Translations under genes and position numbers: made by a program | The notes under the pieces: model-generated | What the model was told of the DNA's origin: nothing | Databases searched by the model: none | Seen by the model: only the letters and a program-made list of their open reading frames with translations | IMG/VR virus record: IMGVR_UViG_3300037205_000062 | Location: 64,001-128,000 of that record | Source: a virus | Length of the DNA: 64,000 bases | Reading direction: 5' to 3' (one strand) | Part shown: piece by piece, positions 29,496 to 39,655 of the stretch | Position numbering within the stretch: position 1 is the first letter of the stretch | Layout: each line of letters opens with the position of its first letter

Positions 29496-29909
29496 TTATA
29501 ATGTAATATTGAATTTATTCTTAAAAAAATCACAACATATAGAACTTATTTCATAATCATAAATTTCTACAAGTTGAAAATTATTTTTTTCCAACCAATC
29601 TTGTTTTTTGAAGTCGTTTTTAATTGAAGCTATAAAATTAGCTTTTTTACCATTATGAAAGAAATGAAGTTGTTCGTGTTGGGGACCGTGAACTTCAATA
29701 GCAATTTTTAATGTAGCATTTAACAGGTCTACCTTTAATAAGGACCCATAAACTGGAAATTCTTCATACATTATCATGTTATGCCAATAAGGTTTCAAAA
29801 ATTGTTTAACTTGAAATTGAATATTGGAACGAGATTTACCATCCCAATTAATTACATAACTAGAGACGTTTTTATTTACTAACCTTCCATTTACATTATA
29901 TAATCTCAT
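29496..29909 (-). CDS. Vsr/DUF559-like endonuclease
   Basis: EF...VDL...IAIEVHGPQH...D..K..W. Confidence 0.7.
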   Translation of the reverse strand: MRLYNVNGRLVNKNVSSYVINWDGKSRSNIQFQVKQFLKPYWHNMIMYEEFPVYGSLLKVDLLNATLKIAIEVHGPQHEQLHFFHNGKKANFIASIKNDFKKQDWLEKNNFQLVEIYDYEISSICCDFFKNKFNITL

Positions 29910-31033
29910 TACTTTCCTAACACTTCTTTAAATCTATTAAATAAATATTCAGTAATATTTTGATTATCTTCTAAATATTTGCGAAGATTATCAATACCTT
30001 GATGTTGAGGTTCAATTGTAATACCAGAAGATTTAGCTTCTTCAATAAGAGTGGGCGAAAAATTAAGCCAAGCTCCAGCTTTCTTAAGAAGACTCCAACC
30101 TAATAAAATATCAATAATTTCATATTCAATCCAAATAGAATTACCACCTAAACGACCATGCTTAATAGGATACTTAACCTTAGTAAATTCATTTTCTTTA
30201 TCACTTTTTTTAATCGTGACAGTCGCCCAATGACCTACGATTTTATTTTTTTCAGGATCATATTTAGCTTTTGGGTCTTCCAATATGTTATCACCATTAT
30301 AACGAGCTTCAAATTCAAGAATATAATTAGCAAAATGAACTAATGCCCAACCTCCCCCACCAGAAGTCATCTTTGGAGCTTCTTTTGAATATGGATCAAT
30401 TTTGATATTACTAGATACTTGAGATAGACATATACAAACAACCCCATATTTTTGAAGAGGTAATGACATTTTAGACAAAAATCTTTTCATAAGTCCTGGA
30501 GCGCCAGCAACTTTCTCTTCTCCAAACCCTTTTTTTTCATCGGCTTTTAGTCTAAGACCATCTACGCTATCAATAACGACGAGTAACCTTTCCCCTTCCG
30601 TATAAGATTGTTTGACTATAGTTTCAAGTGTTTCGCAAATAAATTCCATTAAATTGGATTCAAGAACAAAACATGTTCCATAATTCCATTGTTTAGCATC
30701 GAAACAAAATTTAACGCCCGACCTTGCTTTAATATTGTCTGATAATCTACCCTCTGCCTTTACTAAAATAGCTTTACGTTTTTCATTTTTAATATCTAAA
30801 AAGTTCTTCATGATTAGAAGAGCTTCGGATGATTTTCCAGCACCACTATATCCAACGAATCTATGAATTCCTTCAGTTAAAACTATCTCTTGATCTAAGT
30901 TAAGAGAACCAGTTGATACTTTAACTGGGTGATTTTCAATAAAATTGAAATGATCATCCTTATATTTATTTAGGAGAGCATCGAGAGTTCCTTTGGTAGC
31001 TTCCCCATTATCTTGTTCTTTATTTTTTGACAT
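29909..31033 (-). CDS. RecA/UvsX-like recombinase
   Basis: STGSLNLD, GYSGAGKS, VIDSV, SQV, GGWALVHFA, GAW. Confidence 0.88.
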   Translation of the reverse strand: MSKNKEQDNGEATKGTLDALLNKYKDDHFNFIENHPVKVSTGSLNLDQEIVLTEGIHRFVGYSGAGKSSEALLIMKNFLDIKNEKRKAILVKAEGRLSDNIKARSGVKFCFDAKQWNYGTCFVLESNLMEFICETLETIVKQSYTEGERLLVVIDSVDGLRLKADEKKGFGEEKVAGAPGLMKRFLSKMSLPLQKYGVVCICLSQVSSNIKIDPYSKEAPKMTSGGGGWALVHFANYILEFEARYNGDNILEDPKAKYDPEKNKIVGHWATVTIKKSDKENEFTKVKYPIKHGRLGGNSIWIEYEIIDILLGWSLLKKAGAWLNFSPTLIEEAKSSGITIEPQHQGIDNLRKYLEDNQNITEYLFNRFKEVLGK

Positions 31034-31388
31034 ATAAATTTATAAAATCTATTAGAGTTTTTGGCTCTTTTTTTATTATTACATCTTTTCCAATTTTTTC
31101 TGTAAAAAGAGCAATTTGTTCTATTTTGGGAGATAAATCAGTTTTTTCTATTTTATATTGTAATAAATAAGAAGATAAATATCTTTTTCCAAGGTCATCC
31201 GATAACCAAAGCAGACTACTTATTTTCCTTTGATCTGGCAAAGGAACCCATAATAAAAAATCTATACCATATTCTTGTATTAGACGTTTAGCTAAAGTAC
31301 ATTCTCTACCAAAAAAATACTTATCTTTTACGTCTGATGGAGATATAAATTTTTCAATGATCTTTTGATTATCACTAATTTTTCTCAC
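31020..31388 (-). CDS. Hypothetical protein
   Basis: 122-aa ORF directly after a TTGACA-17-TATACT promoter. Confidence 0.6.
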   Translation of the reverse strand: MRKISDNQKIIEKFISPSDVKDKYFFGRECTLAKRLIQEYGIDFLLWVPLPDQRKISSLLWLSDDLGKRYLSSYLLQYKIEKTDLSPKIEQIALFTEKIGKDVIIKKEPKTLIDFINLYVKK

Positions 31389-31433
31389 TCAAATTAGTAT
31401 AATTTATATTTATGATTTTGTCAAGTAGGAATA

Positions 31434-32486
31434 TTAAGGATATAATTTGAAAACGTCAGGTCTTACTGGAATTTTTCCACTTTCAAGTTCTAGGTCAAAT
31501 TTACACATAAGTTTAATATGATCTTTAAATGGCATACGATTTGGACGCCATCCAAGTTCCTTTTGAGCCTTTGTTGAATCAGCAATAAGGCGCACAACTT
31601 CATTAGGACGTTTTAATGAATCATCAAATTTAACATATTTTTTCCAATCAAGATTAAAATAATTAAATGCCTCATTTACAAATTCCTCTCCCCAATGAGT
31701 AACTCCATTTCCTATAACAAAATTATCTGGTTTTTCTCTTTGTAATAGGGTCCACATCATTTCGCAACCAAAATCACTAAAATGTTCATCTCTAGCCCAC
31801 TCTAAATGTCCTAATTTTAATTCGTGTTCTTTACCCAAAGCAATTTTAGCGGCTGTATTAGTAATTTTTCTTGATACAAAGTCTTTGGAACGATAAGTAT
31901 TAGAATGATTAAATAAAATACCAAAACAACAATACATACCGCTATCTAATGAATCTCTATAAAAATTTATCCATCTTGCACCCAATGCTTTACCTATAGC
32001 ATAAGGAGAACGAGGATTCCAAACGAAATCTTCATTAAACATACCACTATCAATTCCTCCTACTAACTCACTTGTAGCGGCAAAATAAGTTCTAGTTTTT
32101 GGACTATAATTTTTTAAACATTCTAAAAAGTAATAAACACTTTGACCATTAACAATAATTGGAAGTTCTTTATTCTTAAATGATTCTCCGACGTGACTAT
32201 TAGCGGCTAATAAATATAATTCATCAATTCTACTATGTCTTTTAATAACCGATTTAATACATTCATTCACGCTATTTTGACAAGAAATATCGCATACTTC
32301 TAAATATAATTCAGAAAAGGGGTATTTAATTAAATCATCTTGAAATAATTCTTTAATTTTTTGTTCATCCCAAAAAGAATTTCTTCTATATGTTAAAATA
32401 ACTTTATAGTTTTTGCTCAATAGAAAGTGAGATAAAGTCTTCGCGTCCATGCCATTGGCTCCAGTAATTAAAGCGATATTATTCAT
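31434..32486 (-). CDS. gmd: GDP-mannose 4,6-dehydratase
   Basis: ALITGANGMD, LAANSHV, TSEL, PRSPYAIGK, GILFNH, FVSRKI, RPNEV. Confidence 0.88.
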   Translation of the reverse strand: MNNIALITGANGMDAKTLSHFLLSKNYKVILTYRRNSFWDEQKIKELFQDDLIKYPFSELYLEVCDISCQNSVNECIKSVIKRHSRIDELYLLAANSHVGESFKNKELPIIVNGQSVYYFLECLKNYSPKTRTYFAATSELVGGIDSGMFNEDFVWNPRSPYAIGKALGARWINFYRDSLDSGMYCCFGILFNHSNTYRSKDFVSRKITNTAAKIALGKEHELKLGHLEWARDEHFSDFGCEMMWTLLQREKPDNFVIGNGVTHWGEEFVNEAFNYFNLDWKKYVKFDDSLKRPNEVVRLIADSTKAQKELGWRPNRMPFKDHIKLMCKFDLELESGKIPVRPDVFKLYP

Positions 32487-32516
32487 TTTATTATAAATTA
32501 TTTTCTATGTTATTAA

Positions 32517-32945
32517 TTATACATAATTATAACAAAAATCACTACATATTCCAGTACATTCACTTATATTAGTATTATATAGCTCTGGTAAAACTGCAAT
32601 ACTATCTTTAATAACTTTGTTAGATGGAAAACTCCAAATATAACTTTTACTTGTTAAAGTTACTTTGTCATTTTCGTGCCAAAAACAGTGTATTTTATTA
32701 TTTTTTATCATTTTTTGAAGTGCTTGTATATTTTTAGCATGACACCACAATTTATTATGTTCTAAAAATTTTTCTTCTATTGAATAATTAGGAAAATCAT
32801 GTCCCAAGTAATATTTGTTATTTATATACCATATGTCAATTTCACATTCTAATCCTAAATATAATACTTTTAAAATCTGTAATGGAAAATTTTCCATTTT
32901 AGGATTTGGTCCATATAAATTACCTCTATGGCTTATTAGTATCAT
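32517..32945 (-). CDS. Small GDPD/PLC-like phosphodiesterase
   Basis: ISHRGN...EN...EIDIW...LGHD...HAKN...GICSD. Confidence 0.7.
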   Translation of the reverse strand: MILISHRGNLYGPNPKMENFPLQILKVLYLGLECEIDIWYINNKYYLGHDFPNYSIEEKFLEHNKLWCHAKNIQALQKMIKNNKIHCFWHENDKVTLTSKSYIWSFPSNKVIKDSIAVLPELYNTNISECTGICSDFCYNYV

Positions 32946-33517
32946 ATTTTAATAAAAACTGTATCGCTATTATCTTGACTATATTTTTGATAATTATTTT
33001 CTTTCATCCAATTCAATATTTCAGTAATAAATGGATTTATATAATTAGTTCCATGAGTTTCAACACATACAATTTTAGGACGACTTATCATATGTTTTAA
33101 TGTGAACCATTCTGAACCTTCAGTATCTATTGCAATTATATCAATATTATTGTCATCAAAATTATCAATAGTACATGCTTGTACTTCTATTAAATTATCT
33201 TGACTTCTTGAATAATTTGGTACCATTTTATCAGCAGTATTATATGGAACATCTTTAATACTTGTAGCATCAGTATAAAACCCTATTTTATCATTAGTAT
33301 TAGCTACAGCTAAATTATGAATTGTAAGATTTGATAATCCAGAATACCATTCTACTAACATTTTATAATATTTAGGATTAGGCTCAAACATTTGTATTTT
33401 AGGGCAGGAAAAGAAAAATTCTTTCACATGAGAATTCCAAGGTTCTGCTACTCCAACTTCAATAACGTGTTTAGGAGTAAATTTTATATTATTACAAATT
33501 TCAGATAAGTTAATCAT
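32942..33517 (-). CDS. FkbM-family methyltransferase
   Basis: IEVG, FEPNP, IDTEGSE. Confidence 0.8.
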   Translation of the reverse strand: MINLSEICNNIKFTPKHVIEVGVAEPWNSHVKEFFFSCPKIQMFEPNPKYYKMLVEWYSGLSNLTIHNLAVANTNDKIGFYTDATSIKDVPYNTADKMVPNYSRSQDNLIEVQACTIDNFDDNNIDIIAIDTEGSEWFTLKHMISRPKIVCVETHGTNYINPFITEILNWMKENNYQKYSQDNSDTVFIKI

Positions 33518-34719
33518 ATTAATTTACCCCATTTTTCAATAGCTGACTCGTATTCTTTATCATAATTTTTATTAATTGCTTGAGCCATTGCTTTTACTCC
33601 AGCTGATGTCCCCATAGGATGCGATGTAATAGCTCCTCCTACATTTGCCATCCAATCACAATGACCAAGAATATTTGTAATATAATCTATTAAACCTGGG
33701 TGCATTCCGCAACTTAATGCTGGAACACTACCAATTTCATTCAAATTTTTAATAATCGTTTTAAGTTCTTGAGTATCGTTATCCATATAACCACCAATCA
33801 TACCAACATGTAAAGTATCACAACCACTTAAAGCAGCTAATTGAAATAAAACAGAAGGTTCTATATGATACCTATGATCTGAACAATTAAGAATTTTATC
33901 TCCACTTTTTTGAAAATGCATTAAAAGTGGTAAATTCATTTCTCTTATAGATTTATAAATTCCCATACCGCAATGAAAATTGACATGGATACCGTTTCCA
34001 CCTAATTCAGAGACTTTTTTAGAATAATTTAATATTTTATGAGCATCTGCTTGAAGTGAAGCACAATAAAAAACTTTAGCATTTGTATTTCTGATATAAT
34101 TAGCTACTAAAGGTATTCTCTTTTCAATTGGACAAAATGCTTGATTAGATAAAATTTCATCTTCTTTAATAAAATTACAACCATTATCAATAAATTGTTT
34201 GACTAAATCTAAATGTTTTTCTGGAGAAAGTCCAACTTTAGGTTTCACAATACCACCAAATAAAACTTTATCTTTTGCTACATTACAAAATTTTCTCATA
34301 CCATCTATACCAAAATATGGACGTTTTAATTCTAATAACATAGATGGAGTAAATATGACCTGTTTAACTACGCATTTTGTAATTACATCAATATCACATT
34401 GGCCACCCATAATTTGAACAAGAAGTGAAGATATTCCGTCTTCTCTAAAGTTAATATTTTTTTCTGGAAACGCTATAAAAACATTACCTTTTTTAAGTTC
34501 GCTTAATTTATCAGGGTCTTCTAATATTAAACAAGAATGATCCTTAAATAATTCATCAGTTTCAAATTCAGAACGATTATGTGGATTGCCTACTGATTGA
34601 CCAATAGCTAAATTCCAAGCAGCATCTTTTAATGTAGTTTTACTTTCTAAATAATACCAAACTACATAATAATTTTTAAGAACATTTAGATTTACATTTT
34701 GATAGAATATGTTTATCAT
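33514..34719 (-). CDS. RuBisCO-like protein (form IV RLP)
   Basis: GGIVKPKVGLS, GCNFIKEDEIL, LSCGMHPG, VGGAITSHPMG..AGVKA. Confidence 0.92.
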   Translation of the reverse strand: MINIFYQNVNLNVLKNYYVVWYYLESKTTLKDAAWNLAIGQSVGNPHNRSEFETDELFKDHSCLILEDPDKLSELKKGNVFIAFPEKNINFREDGISSLLVQIMGGQCDIDVITKCVVKQVIFTPSMLLELKRPYFGIDGMRKFCNVAKDKVLFGGIVKPKVGLSPEKHLDLVKQFIDNGCNFIKEDEILSNQAFCPIEKRIPLVANYIRNTNAKVFYCASLQADAHKILNYSKKVSELGGNGIHVNFHCGMGIYKSIREMNLPLLMHFQKSGDKILNCSDHRYHIEPSVLFQLAALSGCDTLHVGMIGGYMDNDTQELKTIIKNLNEIGSVPALSCGMHPGLIDYITNILGHCDWMANVGGAITSHPMGTSAGVKAMAQAINKNYDKEYESAIEKWGKLI

Positions 34720-35036
34720 ACTTCATATTTGTCATTTTTAATACTAGGAGTCTTAATAACTATAAGTTCGCAATCTTTCAAAAATATAGGGTCAGCTATA
34801 TCTAAAGGTTTTAAAATAAACACGTCACCAGAATTTAGAGTCTGATTTTGTATTATCATTTTTCCCTTTATTAAATAATTAACCTCTGTAGCTATTTTAT
34901 GATAGTGTTTTGGCCAAATTTCACCTTTTTTATGTTTCTTAAAGCAAACTTCAAAATCATTAGAATGAAATGCGGTTTTTTTAAAAGAACCACAAAACCA
35001 ACCACCCTTCCATTTTTTTTGTCTAAAAATTTTCAT
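34716..35036 (-). CDS. Cupin-domain protein
   Basis: GWFCG, HYHKIATEVN...G.M...GDVF. Confidence 0.8.
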   Translation of the reverse strand: MKIFRQKKWKGGWFCGSFKKTAFHSNDFEVCFKKHKKGEIWPKHYHKIATEVNYLIKGKMIIQNQTLNSGDVFILKPLDIADPIFLKDCELIVIKTPSIKNDKYEV

Positions 35037-35788
35037 TATAGATTTCTAAGTTTTTTGTAATATTCATAATCAATTGGTGTTCCAATAGGATAATGCATGT
35101 TAAATGAAAATGGCAATACTTTCATACCCCTTTGGATCATATAATTATAAGATGGCGCTACATAATATTCTCCATTTACTGTATCTTCGTTTCTTTTCAT
35201 TTGATTAAATGATTCAATAAAATATAACCCTTTTTTCCACCAATGAAAACCATTTGTAGCAATATTACTGATAACTCGTTTTTCTTTAATATCTATTATT
35301 TCATTATTATCGCTTAATTTAATATAACTATTTTTTGGGCTACAAGAATGAAAAGTGCCTAATACTCCATCAGCATTATTAGTTTCGCAAAAATGTTCAA
35401 AAATATCATAATTCCAATCTTCTATAATTTGATCACAATTTGTTATTATAAGGGGAGATTCAATATCTGTTTTTATAGCACCAATTAATGCTGAATCTGC
35501 TGGTCCTTGAGGAAGGTAATCTATAGGTATTATTTGAAAAAAATCTCTTGGTAATTGTTTATTAATTACTTTGAAAATGTCATTTTCATTTAATTGTTTA
35601 ATATTAACGATAAAGGTAAAATAGAACGACTTATTAAACCCCATTTGCTTGTCAAATAAATTTTTTATAACGCATTCAATCATTGAATATTTTCCTAATG
35701 AAAGAAGGGGTTTGGGTAATGTATAACCACAATCGGAAAATCTTTTCCCAATTCCAGCCATAGGTATTACTATATTAATTTTATTCAT
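35036..35788 (-). CDS. Sugar-phosphate nucleotidyltransferase
   Basis: IVIPMAGIGKRF...PKPL, NCDQ, EK, GEYYVAP, IGTP; start reassigned to 35788. Confidence 0.85.
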   Translation of the reverse strand: MNKINIVIPMAGIGKRFSDCGYTLPKPLLSLGKYSMIECVIKNLFDKQMGFNKSFYFTFIVNIKQLNENDIFKVINKQLPRDFFQIIPIDYLPQGPADSALIGAIKTDIESPLIITNCDQIIEDWNYDIFEHFCETNNADGVLGTFHSCSPKNSYIKLSDNNEIIDIKEKRVISNIATNGFHWWKKGLYFIESFNQMKRNEDTVNGEYYVAPSYNYMIQRGMKVLPFSFNMHYPIGTPIDYEYYKKLRNL

Positions 35789-36407
35789 AAATTTTTGGTC
35801 GAACATCTGAACCAGCTCCATTTTTATAAAAATTAGATAATTGTAAATTCTTTTTAATCCAATATATATCAAATTCTTTAGTTAAATGATTAAAGAAATT
35901 AAAATTTTCAAAAGTTTCTTTGGATTTTTCTATATAATTATTAGTCAGTCTAGTTTCTGGTGGAGGATAATGATTATCTTTTGATTTATAATTCCAAAAT
36001 ATTTTTGAATTTTCTAAATTTCCAAAAGAAAACCAATCGCATACTTGACGGTAATTCATATACATACCATAATGTATAAAAGATAAAGTTTTGTTATTTT
36101 TACTAATTATTTCTAATAATTTATCAATATTATCAAATACCATATCACTTCGTGTTTTAAAAATAAATTGCGTATTAGATTGTTTAATCCCATTAAAAGA
36201 AGAGGTACATTGTAAATTTATATTAGAAGTCCCAACGTTATTAGGTTTAGACGTAATAATTAATGGTATTTCTTTACTAATCTGATTTAAATTTTCATCT
36301 GGTTCGTTATCCCATGTTGACCAAACATATTGTTGATTACTAGAGAGATTTTTTAAAACTTCTTTATAATAATTTGTTGGTCCTTGAATAACTATTGTTG
36401 TATCCAT
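35781..36407 (-). CDS. WavE-like polysaccharide biosynthesis protein
   Basis: IVIQGP, VWSTW, N.NLQ..S..GI, KTRSD. Confidence 0.65.
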   Translation of the reverse strand: MDTTIVIQGPTNYYKEVLKNLSSNQQYVWSTWDNEPDENLNQISKEIPLIITSKPNNVGTSNINLQCTSSFNGIKQSNTQFIFKTRSDMVFDNIDKLLEIISKNNKTLSFIHYGMYMNYRQVCDWFSFGNLENSKIFWNYKSKDNHYPPPETRLTNNYIEKSKETFENFNFFNHLTKEFDIYWIKKNLQLSNFYKNGAGSDVRPKIYE

Positions 36408-36408
36408 T

Positions 36409-37017
36409 TTATTTACCTAATAATAACTGACAACATGTTGGATGATAATAAATAGGTTTATATCCGCAAGCTAATAAAAAGGGTATACTATATTCGCTTT
36501 TACCTCCTTTAAATTCTGAATTTTTAATATCATCTAATAAAATTAATGAATTTTCATGTAAATTAAAAATGATATTTTGAATTTCTTTTAATTGATGTCT
36601 ACATGCTTCTTCTATTATATTTTTATTATAATCAGAAGTATCCATACTATCCAAATATAAAAAATCTACAGGTTTTTCAAAATTACGAAGATACGCTACG
36701 GAATCTTGCTCTATGTATTCTATATGATTAGAAAATTGTTTTGTAGAGTTTTTACAATCATTTATACTTTCAGAGTTAATATCAACTGTAATTAATTTTG
36801 AATTAGTTAATTCGCACCATTTTCCAAAAACTATTGTACTACCCCCTCCACCATTAATATCATTAATATTTTTACCCCTAGTTGTACCAGTTTCTAACAT
36901 TATAATAGGTTTATCTCCAAATCTTTTATAAATATTATCGAATAATTTAAGAAAGGATTCTGCTCTGCTTTGATATGGTAAATTTCTTATATAATTTTTA
37001 ATTTCATCTAATTTCAT
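36409..37017 (-). CDS. Class I SAM methyltransferase (Methyltransf_24-like)
   Basis: LETGT, VDIN, DSV, DFLYLDS, LLDD. Confidence 0.8.
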   Translation of the reverse strand: MKLDEIKNYIRNLPYQSRAESFLKLFDNIYKRFGDKPIIMLETGTTRGKNINDINGGGGSTIVFGKWCELTNSKLITVDINSESINDCKNSTKQFSNHIEYIEQDSVAYLRNFEKPVDFLYLDSMDTSDYNKNIIEEACRHQLKEIQNIIFNLHENSLILLDDIKNSEFKGGKSEYSIPFLLACGYKPIYYHPTCCQLLLGK

Positions 37018-37018
37018 A

Positions 37019-37681
37019 TTAAAGTTTAATTTTTGATGCTAAATAGTTACTATGGTGAAAATGTTCTACTGGATATTCAGCATATCTTAATACATCTTTT
37101 TCAACATTATATATATATCTCCCCTGTAACAAATCATACATATTTCCTAAAGTTTTACCAGCTAAAGGATACCTTTCTCCATATTCAAATTGTATAAATT
37201 CTATTTTATCTAAATAATCTTCTGAACTTTTAATTACTTCATATTCAAGACCTTCTACATCAATTTTAATAAAATCAATATTAGATATATTTCTTGAATC
37301 CATATACTTCTTAAGAGTAGTTAAAAATATAACGTCTTTTTGGTCTTTTCCATCGTGATTATAAATGGATTCTCCATTATAATAATAAGTAAAATATCCT
37401 TCTTTATCATTAATCCCAAAGAAATTTAAATGGATATTTGGATTATTAATTAAGTCATCGTTATTAATAAGTTCCTTAAAAGCAAATTTATTAGGTTCAA
37501 ATAGATGAACATCTTGGTCTTTGAAAATTTTACAAAAGTCAAAATCTTTTTGTGCTCCTACTGAAAAAATAGTTTTAACTCCAAATTTTTCTTGCATTAA
37601 TCTAGCTAGTTTATCTTCACCCTCTGACAATTCTTGAGCTACATGTAATCTAGGTCTTTGGTCGTAATAAATGATGTTCAT
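37019..37681 (-). CDS. FkbM-family methyltransferase
   Basis: SVGA, FEPN, IKIDVEGLE, IQFEYG. Confidence 0.85.
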   Translation of the reverse strand: MNIIYYDQRPRLHVAQELSEGEDKLARLMQEKFGVKTIFSVGAQKDFDFCKIFKDQDVHLFEPNKFAFKELINNDDLINNPNIHLNFFGINDKEGYFTYYYNGESIYNHDGKDQKDVIFLTTLKKYMDSRNISNIDFIKIDVEGLEYEVIKSSEDYLDKIEFIQFEYGERYPLAGKTLGNMYDLLQGRYIYNVEKDVLRYAEYPVEHFHHSNYLASKIKL

Positions 37682-37714
37682 AATTAATATATTATACTTT
37701 ATTGTATATGTTTA

Positions 37715-38419
37715 CTATAAATAGTCTATTTTAATTAATGTATCTTGCGGTTCATTAGGAAAATCTAATCCATTTATAGGATACTTAATTTTCAACGGAG
37801 AATGTCCTACTGTGTAGGTTCTATTTAAAAAAGTTATTTCTGGAGTATCAGGGAATTCAAAGCCATTATAATCTAAAGAAAATCTTGAAGTATTACCATG
37901 GACATGAATAATATCAAATATTTTTCTTAATTCTTTCAAAATGCTTAAAAATTCATTTAATCGAGTATTAATATTATGAAATTCTACAATCATACATCTT
38001 AATTCTAAAAGTTGAATTTGTTTACTATGATAAAAAAAATCATACTCCGCTCCCTCTGCATCAATTTTAAGAATAGTGTTTGATAAAAGTTTATTATCTT
38101 TGTTCTGTTTTATATGATTAAAAAAAGTATTTGTACAACGCCCTTGCTGACCAGATAATCCTTCTTGATGAAATTGAAAAGTATTTATTTGATTAGATAA
38201 TTGAATAGTATGGTCATAACCATGTATTTTAACATGTGGATTTAATCTCTTTAAATGTCGTTCAAAAGAAATTTCATTATCTATTCCATAACTATAACAT
38301 CTTTTACATTGATTAATAGTTTCTAGGTTAATGATATAACCACCATCACGCTTATGTCCTACGCGTATTAATTTATCTTTAGTTTTTACGGGTTGTGTTA
38401 GATTTTGTAAGATATTCAT
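37715..38419 (-). CDS. FkbM/Methyltransf_22-like methyltransferase
   Basis: RVG..DGGY, SYGI..SFE, LKIDAEGAE, EFH, HGN. Confidence 0.8.
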   Translation of the reverse strand: MNILQNLTQPVKTKDKLIRVGHKRDGGYIINLETINQCKRCYSYGIDNEISFERHLKRLNPHVKIHGYDHTIQLSNQINTFQFHQEGLSGQQGRCTNTFFNHIKQNKDNKLLSNTILKIDAEGAEYDFFYHSKQIQLLELRCMIVEFHNINTRLNEFLSILKELRKIFDIIHVHGNTSRFSLDYNGFEFPDTPEITFLNRTYTVGHSPLKIKYPINGLDFPNEPQDTLIKIDYL

Positions 38420-38422
38420 AAT

Positions 38423-39232
38423 TTAAATATTATCCAAACTATTAATAAAAAACTGAGGATATTTTTCTTTAGTAATACTGGTAGGTAAATATGGGTTAGT
38501 GATAAAAGTTACAGGATGGTCGGTATTATGGCGTATATTAAATTGCCCTTCTTTTAGACGTTTTTTTAATACTTCCCTTAAAACTTCTTCATTAGGAATT
38601 TCGGATTTATTTAACGTTTCTCCTGCATTTAAAAACTTATGTCTAATAGATTCTACACCACCCATGTAACTTAAATGCCAACCACCCATAGTTAATCTAG
38701 GTAATTGGTCTTTCCTAGTTCTAAAAAATTGTGGATTAAATTGATTTAATGTACTTTTTTTTACAGCTATTGTACCAGGAAAAGTATGAAATAATGAAAC
38801 TATATTCATCCAATAAACATGGTGAACGTGTGAAAAAGCTAAAGCATTTCCATGTTTAAAATGATTACTTAATAAGTACTCAAACCATTGATGGTGAGGA
38901 ATTTCATCCAAATCAGAAATTAATACAATATCATTTTCATATACATTATTTAATCCCTTAACTATAGAATTGCGTAAGTAATTATCAATAGTAAAAACGT
39001 CACCATTTAAAGGGGGACAATCCGTTACAACTACATGAATTATTTTATCAAGATAAGTAGAAAAACGATTTTTATTATCACTAAAATATAGTGGTTTTGG
39101 AACTGAACAATGATTGATTGTAGATTCTACAATAACGAACTTGTCGATATACGGAGAAAGGTATTCTAATCTAGCTTCTAATAAATCTAATTCATTAAAA
39201 AATTGAATACAATCGTAAATTTTAGGTTTCAT
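38423..39232 (-). CDS. Glycosyltransferase family 17
   Basis: IYDC..FFNELDLLE.R, VES, SDLDEIP, GGWHLSY. Confidence 0.88.
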   Translation of the reverse strand: MKPKIYDCIQFFNELDLLEARLEYLSPYIDKFVIVESTINHCSVPKPLYFSDNKNRFSTYLDKIIHVVVTDCPPLNGDVFTIDNYLRNSIVKGLNNVYENDIVLISDLDEIPHHQWFEYLLSNHFKHGNALAFSHVHHVYWMNIVSLFHTFPGTIAVKKSTLNQFNPQFFRTRKDQLPRLTMGGWHLSYMGGVESIRHKFLNAGETLNKSEIPNEEVLREVLKKRLKEGQFNIRHNTDHPVTFITNPYLPTSITKEKYPQFFINSLDNI

Positions 39233-39650
39233 AAATATTTTTCCTTATAATATCGTTATATATATAATCTATCGCTTCTTGAAAAGAAAAACATATATAA
39301 TAACAATGGTTATACAGCCATATATCAATATCCAAACTTCGAGGTACAACCATAATAACCTTCTTATTATTAAATGAACCATAAGCGGCTACCATAGCTG
39401 ACCTACAAGACCATTTAGAAAAATTAATTAAAATATAATCAGATGCTAAAATATCTTGTTTATCTTTATTAACGACTTCATTATATTTAGAATTTGATTT
39501 AATAATTGAATATTGTGAAGGTAATGAATCAAGTATGCTGGTTTTTAGATGTTTCTTTACCCATTCTCTCCAATCAATAGGATATGTATTTACACAACTT
39601 TTCTTAGGACCGAAAAGATAGGTTTTTATGGTAATTTTATTTTTTTTCAC
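39222..39650 (-). CDS. Degenerate nucleoside 2-deoxyribosyltransferase-like protein
   Basis: YL.GP, DWRE, D..DI..SD; catalytic GT..E motif is altered (RSAMV). Confidence 0.5.
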   Translation of the reverse strand: MKKNKITIKTYLFGPKKSCVNTYPIDWREWVKKHLKTSILDSLPSQYSIIKSNSKYNEVVNKDKQDILASDYILINFSKWSCRSAMVAAYGSFNNKKVIMVVPRSLDIDIWLYNHCYYICFSFQEAIDYIYNDIIRKNIYET

Positions 39651-39655
39651 TATAT

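Noticed and set aside
33514-34719. CO2-fixing RuBisCO (rbcL)
   Set aside because: KEDE motif, no loop-6 Lys, no small subunit or PRK, and a sugar-pathway context point to a form IV RLP.
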